Origin: Candidatus Multivorans sp.
GTDB taxonomy: Bacteria; Acidobacteriota; Thermoanaerobaculia; Multivoradales; Multivoraceae
Assembly: GCA_965247095.1 (NCBI GenBank)
Contig: OZ251997.1
Location: 4,544,001 to 4,608,000 of the forward strand
Length of the DNA stretch: 64,000 nt
Direction of reading: 5' to 3'
The stretch's first letter is position 1. Each line of letters starts with the position of its first letter. A program made the position numbers and the translations under genes. Below, one piece after another: positions 62,112-64,000 of this stretch. The notes below the pieces were generated by a model. That model searched no databases, was not told where the DNA came from, and saw only the letters and a program-made list of their open reading frames with translations.

Positions 62112-64000
62112 CTAGAAGTTGATCCGGCTCGTTATCCCGAACGTCCGCGGCTGGTTCGTCAGGTAGCCGACCCGGGCCCGCGTACCGCGCTCCTGGTCGA
62201 GGGCCAGAAAGGCCCGTTCGTCCGTTGCGTTGTTGACGAAGAGTGCGATGTCCCAGCGCTCACCCAAAAAGCCCAGCCGCAGGTTCAGGAGGTCGTAGGC
62301 CGGCATCTCCGGATCGAACCGAAACACACTCTGGGTCAGCGGACCGCCGATCGGGTTGGTGGCGGAGAGAGCCAGAAGATCCACGGTGCCGAAGCCGGGG
62401 GCATGGTCGCCGATCTGGGTGAAGCGGGAACCGACGTGCTGGAAGGCAGAGGAAAGGTAGCCGGCCCAGTTGCCGGCCTCCCAGCGGTAGGTCGCGGCGA
62501 CCGCGGCCTGGAACTTCGGCACCGTCGGCAGGCGGTTGCCCTTCTCGATGCCGGAGACCACGGTCGTGGTGCCGTCGGCGGCGGTCGAGGTCAGGGTCGA
62601 GCCGATCTCGGAGTCCGCGTAGCTGGCCGAGATCGCGTAGTCGAACGCGCCGTTGGGCTGCCCGGTGATCTCGAGTTCCAATCCCGTGCTGCGCGCGCTC
62701 GGCACGTTGAAGATCAGCCGGGACGAACAGGACCCGGCGGTGACGGTCGTCTGCAGGTCCGAGATGTCCATGGTGAACGCGGCGATGTTGAAGGTGCCGC
62801 GGCCGCCCAGGATCGTCGACTTCGAGCCGACCTCGTAGTTCCAGAGCTCCTCGTCGTTCCAACTGTCGCGGCCGCTGAAGGTTTCGAGATCCTCGGGCGT
62901 GCACACCGGTTTGTTGAGCGGATCGTTGATGCCGCCGAGCCGGAAGCCCTTGGCGACCTGCGCGTTGAGCCGCGTGTTCTCGCTGACCTCGAAACTGGCG
63001 ATGAAGCGCGGCGCGATGCCGTCCGCGCTGGTCTCCCCTTCGGTCGGTCCCGGATCGGCGAACAGGCCGTCGAAGACCTGGCTGCGGCTCTCCTCGTAGT
63101 CGTACCAGCGGGCGCCCGCCGTCAGATCGACCCGTTCGCTGGCGGTCCAGGTGATCTCGAAGAACGCCGCCGTTTGGTCGAACTCGTAGTTCAGGTCGGA
63201 GTAGAAGAGCTCGTCGGTGGCCGCGCCGAAGGCGCCCGCGGTGGGAATCTCGCTCATGGCTTCGAAGCCGGTGACCGGCAGGCTCTGGCCGTAGTTCCGT
63301 TCGCTGCTGCTGTAGAACAGGCCGAGAACCCAGTGGGTGTACTCGTCCCCACTGGACAGCCGCAACTCCTGGGTCAGGCCGGTGGCGGTCGTCGCGTCGA
63401 TCAGGGGAGCGTCCAGGGTGTAGATCTGCTCGGGAAGGCCGATCGTTGCGCCGGCGACGCTTGCGTAGAGGGCGGTCGAGTCGCGCACGACGAGCACGTC
63501 GCGGTCCGTCGTCGTCGTGATCGAGGTGAAGGAGTATCCGTCGTCGAGGTCGATCTCGATCTTCAGGTCGGCGAGCAGGAACTCGTCGGTGTAGGGCTCC
63601 TCGAACTGGGTGAAGAGCTCGCGCTCGCCGAGGTTCACCGCGGGGCGCGTCGTCGTGTAGGGGTTGGCCAGGATGTTGAAATCGTCGATCCGGTTCCAGC
63701 CGTCCATGTTGACTTCCTGGTAGATCACGCGGGGAGTCACGGTGACGTTGTCGTTGGGCTCGAAGCGGAGGGCCCAACGGGCGCCGGTCCGCTCGCCGGA
63801 GTTCACGTCCTCGTTGACGCTCAGATCGGGCTGCACCGCGTCCATGAAACCGCCGAAGGCCGTGTGGTAGGCGGTGATCCGCATCGCCGAGGTGTCGCCC
63901 ACGGGAACGTTGACCGCGACCTTCGCGTTGCCGCCGGTGCCGCCGTCGCCTATCGAGTTGAGCGAGAACTCGCCGAAGCCCTCCGAGACACCGACCTCAG
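62112..64000 (-). CDS. TonB-dependent receptor (5' part lies outside the window)
   Basis: Beta-barrel strands, GFRLGG.N, NYEVGSK, F.NN.TDE, QPRTFG...INF C-terminus. Confidence 0.92.
   Translation of the reverse strand, partial: EVGVSEGFGEFSLNSIGDGGTGGNAKVAVNVPVGDTSAMRITAYHTAFGGFMDAVQPDLSVNEDVNSGERTGARWALRFEPNDNVTVTPRVIYQEVNMDGWNRIDDFNILANPYTTTRPAVNLGERELFTQFEEPYTDEFLLADLKIEIDLDDGYSFTSITTTTDRDVLVVRDSTALYASVAGATIGLPEQIYTLDAPLIDATTATGLTQELRLSSGDEYTHWVLGLFYSSSERNYGQSLPVTGFEAMSEIPTAGAFGAATDELFYSDLNYEFDQTAAFFEITWTASERVDLTAGARWYDYEESRSQVFDGLFADPGPTEGETSADGIAPRFIASFEVSENTRLNAQVAKGFRLGGINDPLNKPVCTPEDLETFSGRDSWNDEELWNYEVGSKSTILGGRGTFNIAAFTMDISDLQTTVTAGSCSSRLIFNVPSARSTGLELEITGQPNGAFDYAISASYADSEIGSTLTSTAADGTTTVVSGIEKGNRLPTVPKFQAAVAATYRWEAGNWAGYLSSAFQHVGSRFTQIGDHAPGFGTVDLLALSATNPIGGPLTQSVFRFDPEMPAYDLLNLRLGFLGERWDIALFVNNATDERAFLALDQERGTRARVGYLTNQPRTFGITSRINF

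Overview
High-GC bacterial chromosomal window. The gene content (acidobacterial-type VWA protein, tricorn-like S41 protease, DUF2911, TonB receptors) suggests Acidobacteriota, but this is inference. It holds housekeeping and metabolic genes (rsgA, ppk2, lon, fabH, CoA-transferase, Baeyer-Villiger monooxygenase, copCD) interleaved with accessory DNA: a type II-like MTase/REase pair, a complete type I RM operon flanked by a partial duplication of a VOC gene, two intact and four decayed or orphan toxin-antitoxin loci, a DUF222-HNH gene with an in-frame palindromic repeat array, and a dispersed REP-like palindrome family. Three features stand out. (i) An ArsC/thioredoxin-fold selenoprotein at 18482-18811 (in-frame TGA in a UxxC motif plus a SECIS-like hairpin), which the ORF track truncates. 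(ii) A putative methylated-amine catabolic locus (SSS transporter, Rieske oxygenase, TonB receptor, an IclR-HTH/GcvT-like fusion and two tandem CrtO/PYROXD2-like flavoproteins). (iii) Widespread -10 boxes directly ahead of start codons, implying leaderless mRNAs. Several genes are split by single-base indels, most of them in or creating short homopolymer runs; these are probably assembly errors. No rRNA, tRNA, CRISPR array or transposase was recognised. All family calls come from motif recognition by eye; no database searches were run.
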